Source: Prevotella sp. (GTDB lineage: Bacteria; Bacteroidota; Bacteroidia; Bacteroidales; Bacteroidaceae). Taken from it: a stretch of 64,000 nt of DNA. The stretch lies in assembly GCA_017474845.1 (NCBI GenBank), contig JAFVGS010000016.1:2303-66302 (forward strand), in the 5' to 3' direction. This document shows positions 9,117 to 18,565 of this stretch, in pieces. The notes under the pieces are model-generated. The model was not told the DNA's origin, did not search any database, and saw only the letters and a list, made by a program, of their open reading frames with translations. Both the position numbers and the translations under genes were made by a program. Numbering within the stretch: position 1 is the stretch's first letter; each line of letters starts with the position of its first letter.

Positions 9117-10438
9117 ATGGTTTTAAGTTTAGGGATGAGCAGGGAGGAGTCGCCATAGCTGAGGAAACGGAAGTCGTGAGCCAGGGCGTAATCATAGATC
9201 TTGCGCCAGTCGCCTCCTACGAAGGCACTCACGAGGAGCAGAAGCGTGGACTGCGGCTGATGGAAGTTCGTAACGAGCATACGCACGATCTTGTAGTCAT
9301 AGCCTGGACAGATGATGATTTGGGTGCTGCCATGAAGCACTTCGAGACCACGAGAATCCATCCAGTCGGCAAGAGCCTGCAAAGAGCGCTGGGTATCACA
9401 CTGGGGACAGTCCCCCTGTAATTCGCTACGCTGCTCACAGAGGGGACTGTCCCCAGTGTGATACGGCTCCCATTGCGAGACGTGGAGCTGGTCTTCTGTG
9501 AGATCGGGATTGGTCATCACCTTGAGACCCATGTAGTAGAGGCTTTCGAGGGTGCGCACGCTGGTGGTACCGACGGCAATGGCCTGACAGTCGTGGTTGA
9601 GGAGTTTGGTGATAGTCTCACGACGCACGCTGATATATTCGGTATGCATCTCATGACCTTCCATCTCCTCACTCTTCACCGGCCTGAACGTGCCGGCGCC
9701 AACATGAAGGGTCAGCTCTTCACGCTCAATACCATGAGCATCCAGATCAGACAGAACCTCAGGGGTGAAGTGGAGTCCAGCCGTTGGGGCTGCCACACTG
9801 CCTTTGATCTTGGAATACACAGTCTGGTAGGTGGTCTTGTCGCTCTCTTGTGTCTCACGATTGAGATAGGGAGGAATCGGCAGTTCGCCCATCGTGTCGA
9901 TGATGGTGGCAAAAGACAATGGACAATGGACAATAGACAATGGAGAATCATTTACAGGTTCCCAAAAGAAGTCAATGCGATGGGAAGTGCCGTGAATGGG
10001 CCCACGCACGGCCTTAATTATCCATTTTCCATTATCAATTATCAATTCTCTCGTAAGAGGCTCCTCCTTCCATTTCTTCAGATTGCCCACGAGACAATAC
10101 CAGGCACAGTGGCCTGTGGTCTGGAACATCTGTTCGTAGTCGGCAGGCTCAGCAGGTTCCAGCAGGAACACCTCGATAAGGGCTCCTGTATGCTCGCCGT
10201 TGGCATCGGTCTTCCGGAAGTGCATACGGGCCTGGATCACCTTCGTATTGTTGAACACCATCAGCGCGCCCTTCGGCAGGTATTCGGGCAGATGGAAGAA
10301 CACGTCCTCCCCTACTACACCTCTATTATATATAAGGAGCTTAGACTGGTCGCGACGCGTCATAGGGAACTTGGCAATTCTCTCGTCGGGCAGGTCATAT
10401 TGATAGTCGCTGATATGGATATGTCGAGGATCGGTCAT
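9113..10438 (-). CDS. queA: SAM:tRNA ribosyltransferase-isomerase, carrying repeat-derived inserts
   Basis: LPDERIA, PIPPY, AAPTAGLHF, HVGAGTF, TNFH and SYGD motifs. Confidence 0.95.
   Translation of the reverse strand: MTDPRHIHISDYQYDLPDERIAKFPMTRRDQSKLLIYNRGVVGEDVFFHLPEYLPKGALMVFNNTKVIQARMHFRKTDANGEHTGALIEVFLLEPAEPADYEQMFQTTGHCAWYCLVGNLKKWKEEPLTRELIIDNGKWIIKAVRGPIHGTSHRIDFFWEPVNDSPLSIVHCPLSFATIIDTMGELPIPPYLNRETQESDKTTYQTVYSKIKGSVAAPTAGLHFTPEVLSDLDAHGIEREELTLHVGAGTFRPVKSEEMEGHEMHTEYISVRRETITKLLNHDCQAIAVGTTSVRTLESLYYMGLKVMTNPDLTEDQLHVSQWEPYHTGDSPLCEQRSELQGDCPQCDTQRSLQALADWMDSRGLEVLHGSTQIIICPGYDYKIVRMLVTNFHQPQSTLLLLVSAFVGGDWRKIYDYALAHDFRFLSYGDSSLLIPKLKTI
9393..9464. repeat. 72-bp REP-like palindrome, in frame within queA
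   Basis: Perfect 23-bp inverted repeat, 9393-9415 and 9442-9464 (GTATCACACTGGGGACAGTCCCC). Confidence 0.9.
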
Positions 10439-10459
10439 CAAAACTATAAAATTAAGAAA

Positions 10460-11176
10460 TTAAATGCAGGCCCTTATCAAGGCGTGAAGAAGGGTGAAAA
10501 CAAGCACTGCCACAGGGATGTTGCAGTCTTCACGTTCATAGCCCGTCGATGTGTATTTGGTGGAAATAAAATGTCGCTGAGATGTCATCCTGCGCGTGAC
10601 ACGATAAAAGACGTAATAGGCAAAGGAACCCACAATAAAGCCCCACGTCAGTCCGACAAGGATGTCACCAGGGAAGTGAACCCCCAGATACAGACGTGTC
10701 CAGCAGTTGGTAAGCGACCATATAATGAGCGCTATGGAAAGTAGTCTGCAGCGGATGAGCCAACAGAAGAAGACGGCAATGCTGAACGTGTTGGCCGCAT
10801 GGGCAGAGAAGAAGCCGTATTTGCCACCACGATAGCCATCGACGATGTCGACCAACAGGCCTATCTCCGGATCGTGTGTAGGCCTCCATCGTGCCACTGT
10901 GGGCTTGACAATCAGATCATCCACCGAACCTGCCAACAACACACAGAGTCCTGCCCCTGCAAGCACACAGAGCACCTTACGGAAATTCTCATTGTTGCGT
11001 AGAACGATATAGAAGAGGCTGAGATATAGCGGCAGCCAGGTGAGTGCAGTAGTGAGCACGTGGGCCACACGGTCGAGGAAGAGCGAGTCGCTGCCATTGA
11101 CGGCAAGCAGCCACTCCTTGTCGAGTGCAATGAGGTCTGTACCCATACTTTCTGCAGCCAAGAATATATCTGTCAT
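10460..11176 (-). CDS. PAP2 family phosphatase
   Basis: K...ARWRP, FFSAHA and TRLYLGVHFPGD motifs. Confidence 0.9.
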   Translation of the reverse strand: MTDIFLAAESMGTDLIALDKEWLLAVNGSDSLFLDRVAHVLTTALTWLPLYLSLFYIVLRNNENFRKVLCVLAGAGLCVLLAGSVDDLIVKPTVARWRPTHDPEIGLLVDIVDGYRGGKYGFFSAHAANTFSIAVFFCWLIRCRLLSIALIIWSLTNCWTRLYLGVHFPGDILVGLTWGFIVGSFAYYVFYRVTRRMTSQRHFISTKYTSTGYEREDCNIPVAVLVFTLLHALIRACI

Positions 11177-11214
11177 CACTTTTTCACCTTTTTTACCTTT
11201 TTTCTTTTTTACCT

Positions 11215-13827
11215 TTAGATCACTCTAATGTGCCTACTCTCTATCCAGCCTTCTTTACCATCGGCCAAGCGGATCTCCTTCCACTCTTTCATCGAGCCGT
11301 CTGTGATGACCACCTTTGTGCCCTCGTGAAGGATGAAAAGATCGGTTCCGTTGGCGGCAGGCGTACTCTTCACCGTCACCGACGGGGCGAAGATGATAGC
11401 CCCCTTACGGTTGAGCAGGTCCGTCTTCTGCTGCCAAGCGAAGATGTTGGCTCCCACGAAGAGCAGAAGCAGCGCCACACCTCCAAAGAAACCGGCCTTA
11501 CGCAGCCAGATCCTTTCGGAGAAGAGGTAGACCAACAACAGGATGATAGTGAGGGCAAGGGCAACAAGAGCTGTACGCGCCCAGCCGTCGACACTCATCA
11601 TACTGACAAGCGAACGATACCAAGTTACAAAGAACATCTCAGACTCAGGCACAATCTTGTCGAAGGTCTTCGAACGGGCTATCTGCAGGTTGAAGCGGAT
11701 GTCACGATCGCCAGGAGAAAGCAGCAGGGCACGCTCGTAGTTGAGCACGGCCTCTGGGATGTTCTCCGTACGATAGTAGGCATTGCCGAGATTGTAATAG
11801 AGGTCGGCGCTGGCCCCTTGTTTCAAAAGAGCCTCATACTGGGTGATAGCTTGCTGGTACTGTCCATGCACATAGGCACTGTCGGCCTCTGCCTTGGTCA
11901 CTGCGTGGGCAGCCATAGGCAGCAGAAGCATCAGCAAGAAGACAGCCGTCGTCTTCGCTGAGCGCCGCTTGCGCATCGTTCCCTCAATCTGTTCGATGGC
12001 CGTCATAGCCTTCTCATATACCTTATTCATATTTCCCTTAGGATCACCTGGGGCATAACGTTCAAACTCACACTCGTCGATGGCACCGATGAACTGGGCT
12101 ATGGTCTCCTCACCCACACCACGGGCACTCAGACGCTGACTGATATTATCGTGAGAGAGCTGTTCGACAGGGATGTTAAGTTTGTCGCCCACATACCCCC
12201 AGAGGGCACGCAGCACCTCGTCGTAGAACTCACCCGGCTTGTTGTCGGCCATCAGCATCGAGGCCTTCTTCAAACGCTTCGTAGCCACCTTGTTCGCCTT
12301 ACCCGCACGACGCTTGGTGACATTGGCATTCTCAATAGCACGTTGACGGAAGATGACGAAGAGCGAGATGAACACGAGGGCCATAATGACCAGCGTGATC
12401 CAGTAGGCCGTTGAGCCAAAGAAGAACTCGTCAATGCCCTGTTGGCGTACGTCACCAGTCTTAATATATCGGATGTCACGACTCAGCTCCTGCAGATCCT
12501 GCTGACCAGAATAGTCACTCATCGCACCAGGACCGGAACCCTTCGCCACATCAAGCATCAGAGGCTCGCTGATGACGGTCTTATAAGACTTGGATGACGT
12601 GTCGAAATAGGTCAGGCTGACAGGAGGAATCTCATAGTGACCCTGATGACGAGGCACGATGAGGATATCGTAGATCATCGAACCCTCAATGCCTGCTGTA
12701 GTCAGTTTTGTCTTGTCAGTCACCTTCGGCTCGTATTTGTCGAAGTCCTTAGGCAGTTCTATCTGAGGCTGCTTGACGAGTTTCAAGTTACCTGTACCGC
12801 TGACAGTAATACGCACCGAGACAGGGTCGTTGGCCTTGGTTTCCGTCTTGTTCAGCGAGGCAGAGACAGTAAAATGACCTACGCCGCCAGAGAAACCTGC
12901 AGGTCGCTCAGGCAGAGGAACCACCTCTATATTTATACCAGGAGCGATGATTTTCTTCTTCACCTCGATATAGCCAGAGCCACCGTTGAAGAACGCCTCA
13001 AAGGGATCGATGTTACGATTCTGCTGTACGACGATGCCCTCGAAGGTGATGCTGGGTATCTGGAGCTTGCCCGTCATCTGGGGGAACATCACATACTGGC
13101 TCCACGTGGTGGTCCGATAAGGACGACCGTTGAAGGTCTCGATAGAGAAACTCTTCTGTGAGGGCAGGTTCACCTCCTGGGTGTAGAAGCTCTTCAAGTC
13201 GGGCATATCACCACGCAGACTGGTCAATCCGACAAGGGTATAGACCTTATAGGTAAGCAGGATGGGCTCCTGTTCATAGACACGTTTCTTGTTGGCACTG
13301 ACCTTGATGAAGAGGTCGGAGCCAGATATCTGGCTGCCCGCATCACGGATTTCACCTTGCTCATCCTGACGGTGCTGACGGGAAGCTCCACTTGAACCGC
13401 CACCAGCCTGAGGCGACCCACTCACCTTGATATTCAATGCATTAGAGGCGATGGTCTTGCCACCCACCACAACGTGGGCAGGAGGAATGGTGAAGGAACC
13501 GTTCTTCGTGGCACAGACGATATAGGTATAGGTGATGGATGATGACGAACTGGTGTGCCCGTTGATCATCTGATAGCTCGACTGCATGGAACGGTTGGGA
13601 CCTATGAGCACTTCCAACTCGCCAGGGATGTCACCAGCACGGAAGTCGGTGGCATTCTGCGTGTTGACAGTATAGGTCAGACGAAACTGCTCACCCACGG
13701 AAACATGGGAAGGAGCAGAGCCCGTCAATGTCTGCGAAAGCAAACTTAAAGGTAAAAAGGTAAAAAGGTAAAAGGGTAAAACCCATTTCACCAACCTTTG
13801 TACCTTATCGAATTTTCTGCTTATCAT
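11215..13827 (-). CDS. batD: BatD-BatE fusion (BatD, TPR, SH3)
   Basis: BatD-like N-terminal region, then TPR YYNLGNAYY and LHEGTKV...EGWI SH3; position in the bat operon. Confidence 0.88.
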   Translation of the reverse strand: MISRKFDKVQRLVKWVLPFYLFTFLPLSLLSQTLTGSAPSHVSVGEQFRLTYTVNTQNATDFRAGDIPGELEVLIGPNRSMQSSYQMINGHTSSSSSITYTYIVCATKNGSFTIPPAHVVVGGKTIASNALNIKVSGSPQAGGGSSGASRQHRQDEQGEIRDAGSQISGSDLFIKVSANKKRVYEQEPILLTYKVYTLVGLTSLRGDMPDLKSFYTQEVNLPSQKSFSIETFNGRPYRTTTWSQYVMFPQMTGKLQIPSITFEGIVVQQNRNIDPFEAFFNGGSGYIEVKKKIIAPGINIEVVPLPERPAGFSGGVGHFTVSASLNKTETKANDPVSVRITVSGTGNLKLVKQPQIELPKDFDKYEPKVTDKTKLTTAGIEGSMIYDILIVPRHQGHYEIPPVSLTYFDTSSKSYKTVISEPLMLDVAKGSGPGAMSDYSGQQDLQELSRDIRYIKTGDVRQQGIDEFFFGSTAYWITLVIMALVFISLFVIFRQRAIENANVTKRRAGKANKVATKRLKKASMLMADNKPGEFYDEVLRALWGYVGDKLNIPVEQLSHDNISQRLSARGVGEETIAQFIGAIDECEFERYAPGDPKGNMNKVYEKAMTAIEQIEGTMRKRRSAKTTAVFLLMLLLPMAAHAVTKAEADSAYVHGQYQQAITQYEALLKQGASADLYYNLGNAYYRTENIPEAVLNYERALLLSPGDRDIRFNLQIARSKTFDKIVPESEMFFVTWYRSLVSMMSVDGWARTALVALALTIILLLVYLFSERIWLRKAGFFGGVALLLLFVGANIFAWQQKTDLLNRKGAIIFAPSVTVKSTPAANGTDLFILHEGTKVVITDGSMKEWKEIRLADGKEGWIESRHIRVI

Positions 13828-13886
13828 TTTTACTTCTTTCCCTTTTACTTTTTACCTTTTCACTTTTTTACCTTTTTACCTTTACG

Positions 13887-15593
13887 TCACCAGTTCTTCT
13901 GTATAGCACGACGCTGGGGCTGCTGCTGAGCCTTCTGCAACTTATCCTGCGTCTGCTTCTCGTTCTGAATGGCAGCATTCAACAGTTGCTCAGCGTTTTC
14001 CTTGCTCATCTGGGGTTTAGGCGGCTCCTGTTGCTTCTTGTCGTCTTGCTGCTCCTTCTGGTCTTTCTGCTGATCCTGCTTCTGCTGGTCTTTCTTGTCG
14101 TCCTTTTTCTTGTCGTCGTTGCCACCCTGCTGGTTCTGCTGATTCTGTTGCTGTTTCTGCTGCTGATGCTTGCAGAGCACGAGGTTATATCGCGTCTCAT
14201 CGTCAGCGGGATTCAGACGAAGGGCATTCTTGTACGCCTCAATGGCCTCACCATACATCTTATGCGACTGGCATACCACACCCATATTATGAAAGGCCTT
14301 CGCCTTGCGCAACGGATTGGTCTCCAACTTCGTGGCATTTTCAAACTGCGCCACAGCCGCAGAGTCCTTCTTCTGCGCCATCAAGGCATTACCCAAGTTG
14401 TAGACAGCCTGCGGATTCTTGGGATTCTTCTCGATGGCCTTACGGTAAGACACCTCAGCGTTGGAATAGTCGCCACTACGGAAAAGCTTGTTGCCCTGAC
14501 GGATATACTGACGGTCGGTCTGGGCTGATGCCGACATAGCCAGCATCACGAGCACGACCGCGACAACCTTCCGCTTTCCAAACAACGACACCCGCTTCAA
14601 CAACGGATTACGACGGTCTAGGATGCAGATCTCAATGATCAGCAGGAGCAACACGAGGATGCCCACAGCCTGGAACTGTTCGTCGAACTCACTGTATACG
14701 GTCGTAGAGGTCTCTTTCTTGGCGAGCTTGTCGAGTTCACTATCCAACTGCTGCTGGGCGGCACTGTTATTCTCAACATGGATATATGCCCCTCCACCTG
14801 CCTGTGCCACCTGCTTACACATCTCTTCATTGAGGGCAGACATGACGGTGTTGCCCGCACGGTCCGTCATATAGTTGCCTGTGCCTGTAATGGGAATGGG
14901 CGCACCATTGGTAGACCCAACACCTAATACATAGACACGCATGCCTTCGTCCTTAGCTGCCTCTGCCGCCTCAAGCGCCCCACCCTCGTGGTCCTCACCA
15001 TCGGTGATGACGATGATAGCCTTGCCAATGCCTTCTTCCTGAGTGAAGCTGTGGGTAGCCATCTCGATGGCACGGGCAATGTCCGTACCCTGTGTGGCCA
15101 TCATGGAAGGATTGATGCTCGACAGGAACATCTTCGCAGACACATAGTCGCTGGTGATGGGCAACTGCACAAAAGCATCGCCCGCAAACACGATCAGTCC
15201 GATCTTGTCGTTGGTGAAGTGGTCGACTAAGTTTTCCACCATCATCTTACTACGATCCAGACGACTGGGAATGATATCCTCTGCCAACATGGAGTTACTG
15301 ATGTCCAATGCGATGATCGTCTCTATGCCCACACGCTTCTCATGATTGATCTTCGTACCGAACTGCGGACGTGCCAGCATCACGATGAGCAGGGCAAGGG
15401 CACCCAGCAGCACCCAGAACTTCACAGAGGGGCGGAAACGCGACACATCGGGCATCAGCTCCTTCAACAGCGAGGGATCGCCAAACTTCCGAAGGCGTTT
15501 GCGCTGGTTCCTATAGGAAATGAATCTGACGAGTACCAATACAGGGATCAGCACCAGCAGCCAGAGATATATGGGGTCTTCAAATCTAAACAT
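13887..15593 (-). CDS. batB: BatB-BatC fusion (VWA + TPR + Q/K/D-rich tail)
   Basis: DISNSM MIDAS motif, TDGEDH, TPR repeats, terminal KNW. Confidence 0.88.
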   Translation of the reverse strand: MFRFEDPIYLWLLVLIPVLVLVRFISYRNQRKRLRKFGDPSLLKELMPDVSRFRPSVKFWVLLGALALLIVMLARPQFGTKINHEKRVGIETIIALDISNSMLAEDIIPSRLDRSKMMVENLVDHFTNDKIGLIVFAGDAFVQLPITSDYVSAKMFLSSINPSMMATQGTDIARAIEMATHSFTQEEGIGKAIIVITDGEDHEGGALEAAEAAKDEGMRVYVLGVGSTNGAPIPITGTGNYMTDRAGNTVMSALNEEMCKQVAQAGGGAYIHVENNSAAQQQLDSELDKLAKKETSTTVYSEFDEQFQAVGILVLLLLIIEICILDRRNPLLKRVSLFGKRKVVAVVLVMLAMSASAQTDRQYIRQGNKLFRSGDYSNAEVSYRKAIEKNPKNPQAVYNLGNALMAQKKDSAAVAQFENATKLETNPLRKAKAFHNMGVVCQSHKMYGEAIEAYKNALRLNPADDETRYNLVLCKHQQQKQQQNQQNQQGGNDDKKKDDKKDQQKQDQQKDQKEQQDDKKQQEPPKPQMSKENAEQLLNAAIQNEKQTQDKLQKAQQQPQRRAIQKNW

Positions 15594-16591
15594 TATGGTA
15601 TTCTTCTAAAAATAGTGATACGCAGGAGTATTTCGAGCAGCAGGGCGATAACAGCCACAAGGGCGAAGGGCTGGTAGGCCTCATAGCGCTTGCTGAACGT
15701 CTTCACGTTGAGTTTGCTCTTCTCCAATTGGTCAATCTCCTTATAGATGTTTCGCAGTTCCTTGGTGTTCGTGGCACGATAGAAGTCACCCTCCGTAGCA
15801 GCGGCAATCCCTGAGAGCGTCTTGGTGTCGATCTCCACAGGGATGTTCACATACTGCACCCCCCCGGCCACAGGCATCGGATAAGGAGCCACATTGTTCG
15901 TTCCCACGCCGATGGTATAGACGCGGATGCCCAGGCTCTTGGCAATCTCGGCAGCCGTCATCGGAGAGATGTCACCACGATTGTTCGAGCCGTCAGTCAG
16001 CAGGATGACCACCTTACTCTTCGCCTTTGACTCCTTCAGGCGGGAGACAGCGTTGGCCAGTCCCATTCCGATAGCCGTACCGTCTTCAATCAGTCCACGG
16101 GCAGCTATATCTGTACGGACATTCTGCAGCATATTCAACAGCGACGCGTGGTCTGTGGTCATCGGACATTGAGTAAAGGCCTCGCCGGCAAAGATGGAGA
16201 GACCGATGTTGTCATCCGGACGACCTGCAATAAACTCCGAAGCCACCTGCTTGGCTGCCTCGATACGATTGGGTTTCAGGTCTTCGGCCAACATACTGGT
16301 GGATACGTCCATCGCCAGCATGATGTCGATACCTTCAATGCTCTTATTGCTCCATGAATTATGTGTCTGAGGCCGGGCCAGCACCAGGACGGTCATCGTG
16401 AAAGCCAGGATACGCAACAGCATGGAGAGCGGCATCAGCGTCACTTTCCAACTGCGAGGCGCATAGCGGAAGGCATAGGTATCGCTCATCCGCATGGTGG
16501 GTTCTGCCTTCTTCCTGTACATCACGTACCAGATAAGGTACGGAATGATCAGCAGGAGCAACAGTAGATATTCTTTATTGGCAAATTCCAT
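15593..16591 (-). CDS. batA: BatA VWA protein
   Basis: LARPQ, DVSTSM, GTAIG and LLTDG motifs. Confidence 0.92.
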   Translation of the reverse strand: MEFANKEYLLLLLLIIPYLIWYVMYRKKAEPTMRMSDTYAFRYAPRSWKVTLMPLSMLLRILAFTMTVLVLARPQTHNSWSNKSIEGIDIMLAMDVSTSMLAEDLKPNRIEAAKQVASEFIAGRPDDNIGLSIFAGEAFTQCPMTTDHASLLNMLQNVRTDIAARGLIEDGTAIGMGLANAVSRLKESKAKSKVVILLTDGSNNRGDISPMTAAEIAKSLGIRVYTIGVGTNNVAPYPMPVAGGVQYVNIPVEIDTKTLSGIAAATEGDFYRATNTKELRNIYKEIDQLEKSKLNVKTFSKRYEAYQPFALVAVIALLLEILLRITIFRRIP

Positions 16592-16598
16592 TTCTTAA

Positions 16599-17669
16599 TT
16601 ACCCTAATAACATATATAATGTATAGACCACATAGCCAAAGATCACCAGACTAAAGACAGCGATGGCGGTGATGACATACTTCAACACACGACGCGTCTT
16701 TTGCTGCCGCTGGTCTTCCTCGGAGAGCTGCGGCTTTACCGTCTCTTCCACTGGAACATTCTCCAACTTCGTCTGATTAATAAAGTCGATGGCATTAACC
16801 AGGTTCGCATCGTTCTCGTTGATCAGCGTCGAATACTTGGCGAACTTCACGAGGTCTGCCGTCGTAAAGAGCTGACGCAGTTCATCGAGTGCATTCTGGT
16901 CCTGAGAGGCCATCAGCTTCTCGATAATCTCGCTACTGGTCATCTCCATCGCATTAAAGCCATAGCGTTCCTCGATATATTTACGGAGGGTATCCGTCAG
17001 CTTCGTGTAGTACTCCTTCGAGTTCTCTGAGGATACCATCTTGTCGGCCTTGATCTGCTCAATCTCCTTCATCGCCTTCTGGTGAGGCAACAACCGCTTC
17101 ACAATACGTATGTGACTGATTATCGGCTTGTTATCACGCAGGCGGAGATAGAGATAGTAGGCAATGGCCAACAAGACGAGCATCAGCACACTCAGCCAGA
17201 ACGGCAGACTCCAGTCACTCCATTGAAAGGGGCTGTCCTGTACATCCTTGGGGCCAAAGAACTTCTCTGCATGGAGGGTATCTACCTCGATGGTCAGCAC
17301 CTTCAGCGCCAGACTCTTACTCTTGTAGGGCTTGCCGTCAATCTTCACAGTCATCGGCGGGATATAATAGAGCGTATCATCGAACGAGGTCATCGTATAG
17401 ACCGTCGAACGAGACACGAAGCCATTGTCCTGTGCCTTTTGGTCGAGTTCCTGCCTGTCGAGCACCTCCACACCAGGAGTGATGTACTCCATGGGCTTAA
17501 ACTGCGGAAACTCCACCTTCGTATTCTCCTTGGCCGTAGCTGTCAGCGTCACATGTACCTGCTGTCCGACAAAGATCTGGATAGAGTCAATAACGGCTTC
17601 AACCGATACTTGTGCAGACACAGCCAGCACACTCGCTGTCAATATGATACATAACGAAAGTCTTCTCAT
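16599..17669 (-). CDS. bat-operon membrane protein (BatD-like N-terminus)
   Basis: Signal peptide, TM segment, ADLVKFAK motif; sits between DUF58 and batA. Confidence 0.8.
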   Translation of the reverse strand: MRRLSLCIILTASVLAVSAQVSVEAVIDSIQIFVGQQVHVTLTATAKENTKVEFPQFKPMEYITPGVEVLDRQELDQKAQDNGFVSRSTVYTMTSFDDTLYYIPPMTVKIDGKPYKSKSLALKVLTIEVDTLHAEKFFGPKDVQDSPFQWSDWSLPFWLSVLMLVLLAIAYYLYLRLRDNKPIISHIRIVKRLLPHQKAMKEIEQIKADKMVSSENSKEYYTKLTDTLRKYIEERYGFNAMEMTSSEIIEKLMASQDQNALDELRQLFTTADLVKFAKYSTLINENDANLVNAIDFINQTKLENVPVEETVKPQLSEEDQRQQKTRRVLKYVITAIAVFSLVIFGYVVYTLYMLLG

Positions 17670-18538
17670 CAGCTTCTCTGTTTAAACAACATCATAAGCG
17701 CCTTCACGAAGTCTTCGTTCGTAGCGACACTCACATGATCGACATTGCTCTTGTTAAATGTCTCCTCCAACTGCGACTGACGGCTGACCCAGTACTTATG
17801 ATAGGCCTGACGCAAGGCTTTCGACCCCGTATCGACATACTGTTCGTGACCCGTCTCAGCATCGACCACCTTCATCAGTCCCACATCAGGCAACTCCCTG
17901 GCTCGCTGGTCATAGACCTGTATGGCCACCACGTCGTGCTTCCTGTTGCAGATCTGCAAAGACTGCTGGAATTCATCACGGACATAGAAGTCGCTGAGGA
18001 TAAAGGCCGTCGTCCGACGCTTCTGCACACTGGAAAGGAACTCCACCGCCTGCTTCACGTCCGTACGCTTCGAATCCGGATGGAAGTCAAGCATCTCACG
18101 GATAATGTAGAGGATGTGCTTGCGTCCCTTCTTGGGAGGAATATATTTCTCAATCCGGTCTGAGAAAAACACCACGCCGATCTTATCATTGTTCTGGATG
18201 GCACTAAAGGCGATGGTGGCAGCAATCTCCGTCACCATATCTCGCTTTATCTGCTTCTGCGTACCAAAGTCGAGTGAGCCACTGACGTCTATCAGCAGCA
18301 TCACCGTCAGTTCACGCTCCTCCTCAAACACCTTCACATAAGGACGGTGGAAGCGGGCGGTCACGTTCCAGTCGATATCGCGGACATCATCACCGAACTG
18401 ATACTCACGCACCTCACTAAAGGCCATACCCCTGCCCTTGAAGGCAGAATGATACTGACCAGCGAAGATGTTTGAGCTCAGGCCACGGGTCTTAATCTCA
18501 ATCTTCCTTACCTTCTTGATAATCTCAGAAGTCTCCAT
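17669..18538 (-). CDS. DUF58 protein
   Basis: GMAFSEVREYQFGDDVRDIDWNVTAR motif. Confidence 0.92.
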   Translation of the reverse strand: METSEIIKKVRKIEIKTRGLSSNIFAGQYHSAFKGRGMAFSEVREYQFGDDVRDIDWNVTARFHRPYVKVFEEERELTVMLLIDVSGSLDFGTQKQIKRDMVTEIAATIAFSAIQNNDKIGVVFFSDRIEKYIPPKKGRKHILYIIREMLDFHPDSKRTDVKQAVEFLSSVQKRRTTAFILSDFYVRDEFQQSLQICNRKHDVVAIQVYDQRARELPDVGLMKVVDAETGHEQYVDTGSKALRQAYHKYWVSRQSQLEETFNKSNVDHVSVATNEDFVKALMMLFKQRS

Positions 18539-18565
18539 CTGTGTTAATCCGTGTTAATCCGTGGC

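Noticed and set aside
14000-14170. CAG/AAG-rich repeats
   Set aside because: Normal BatC Q/K/D linker.
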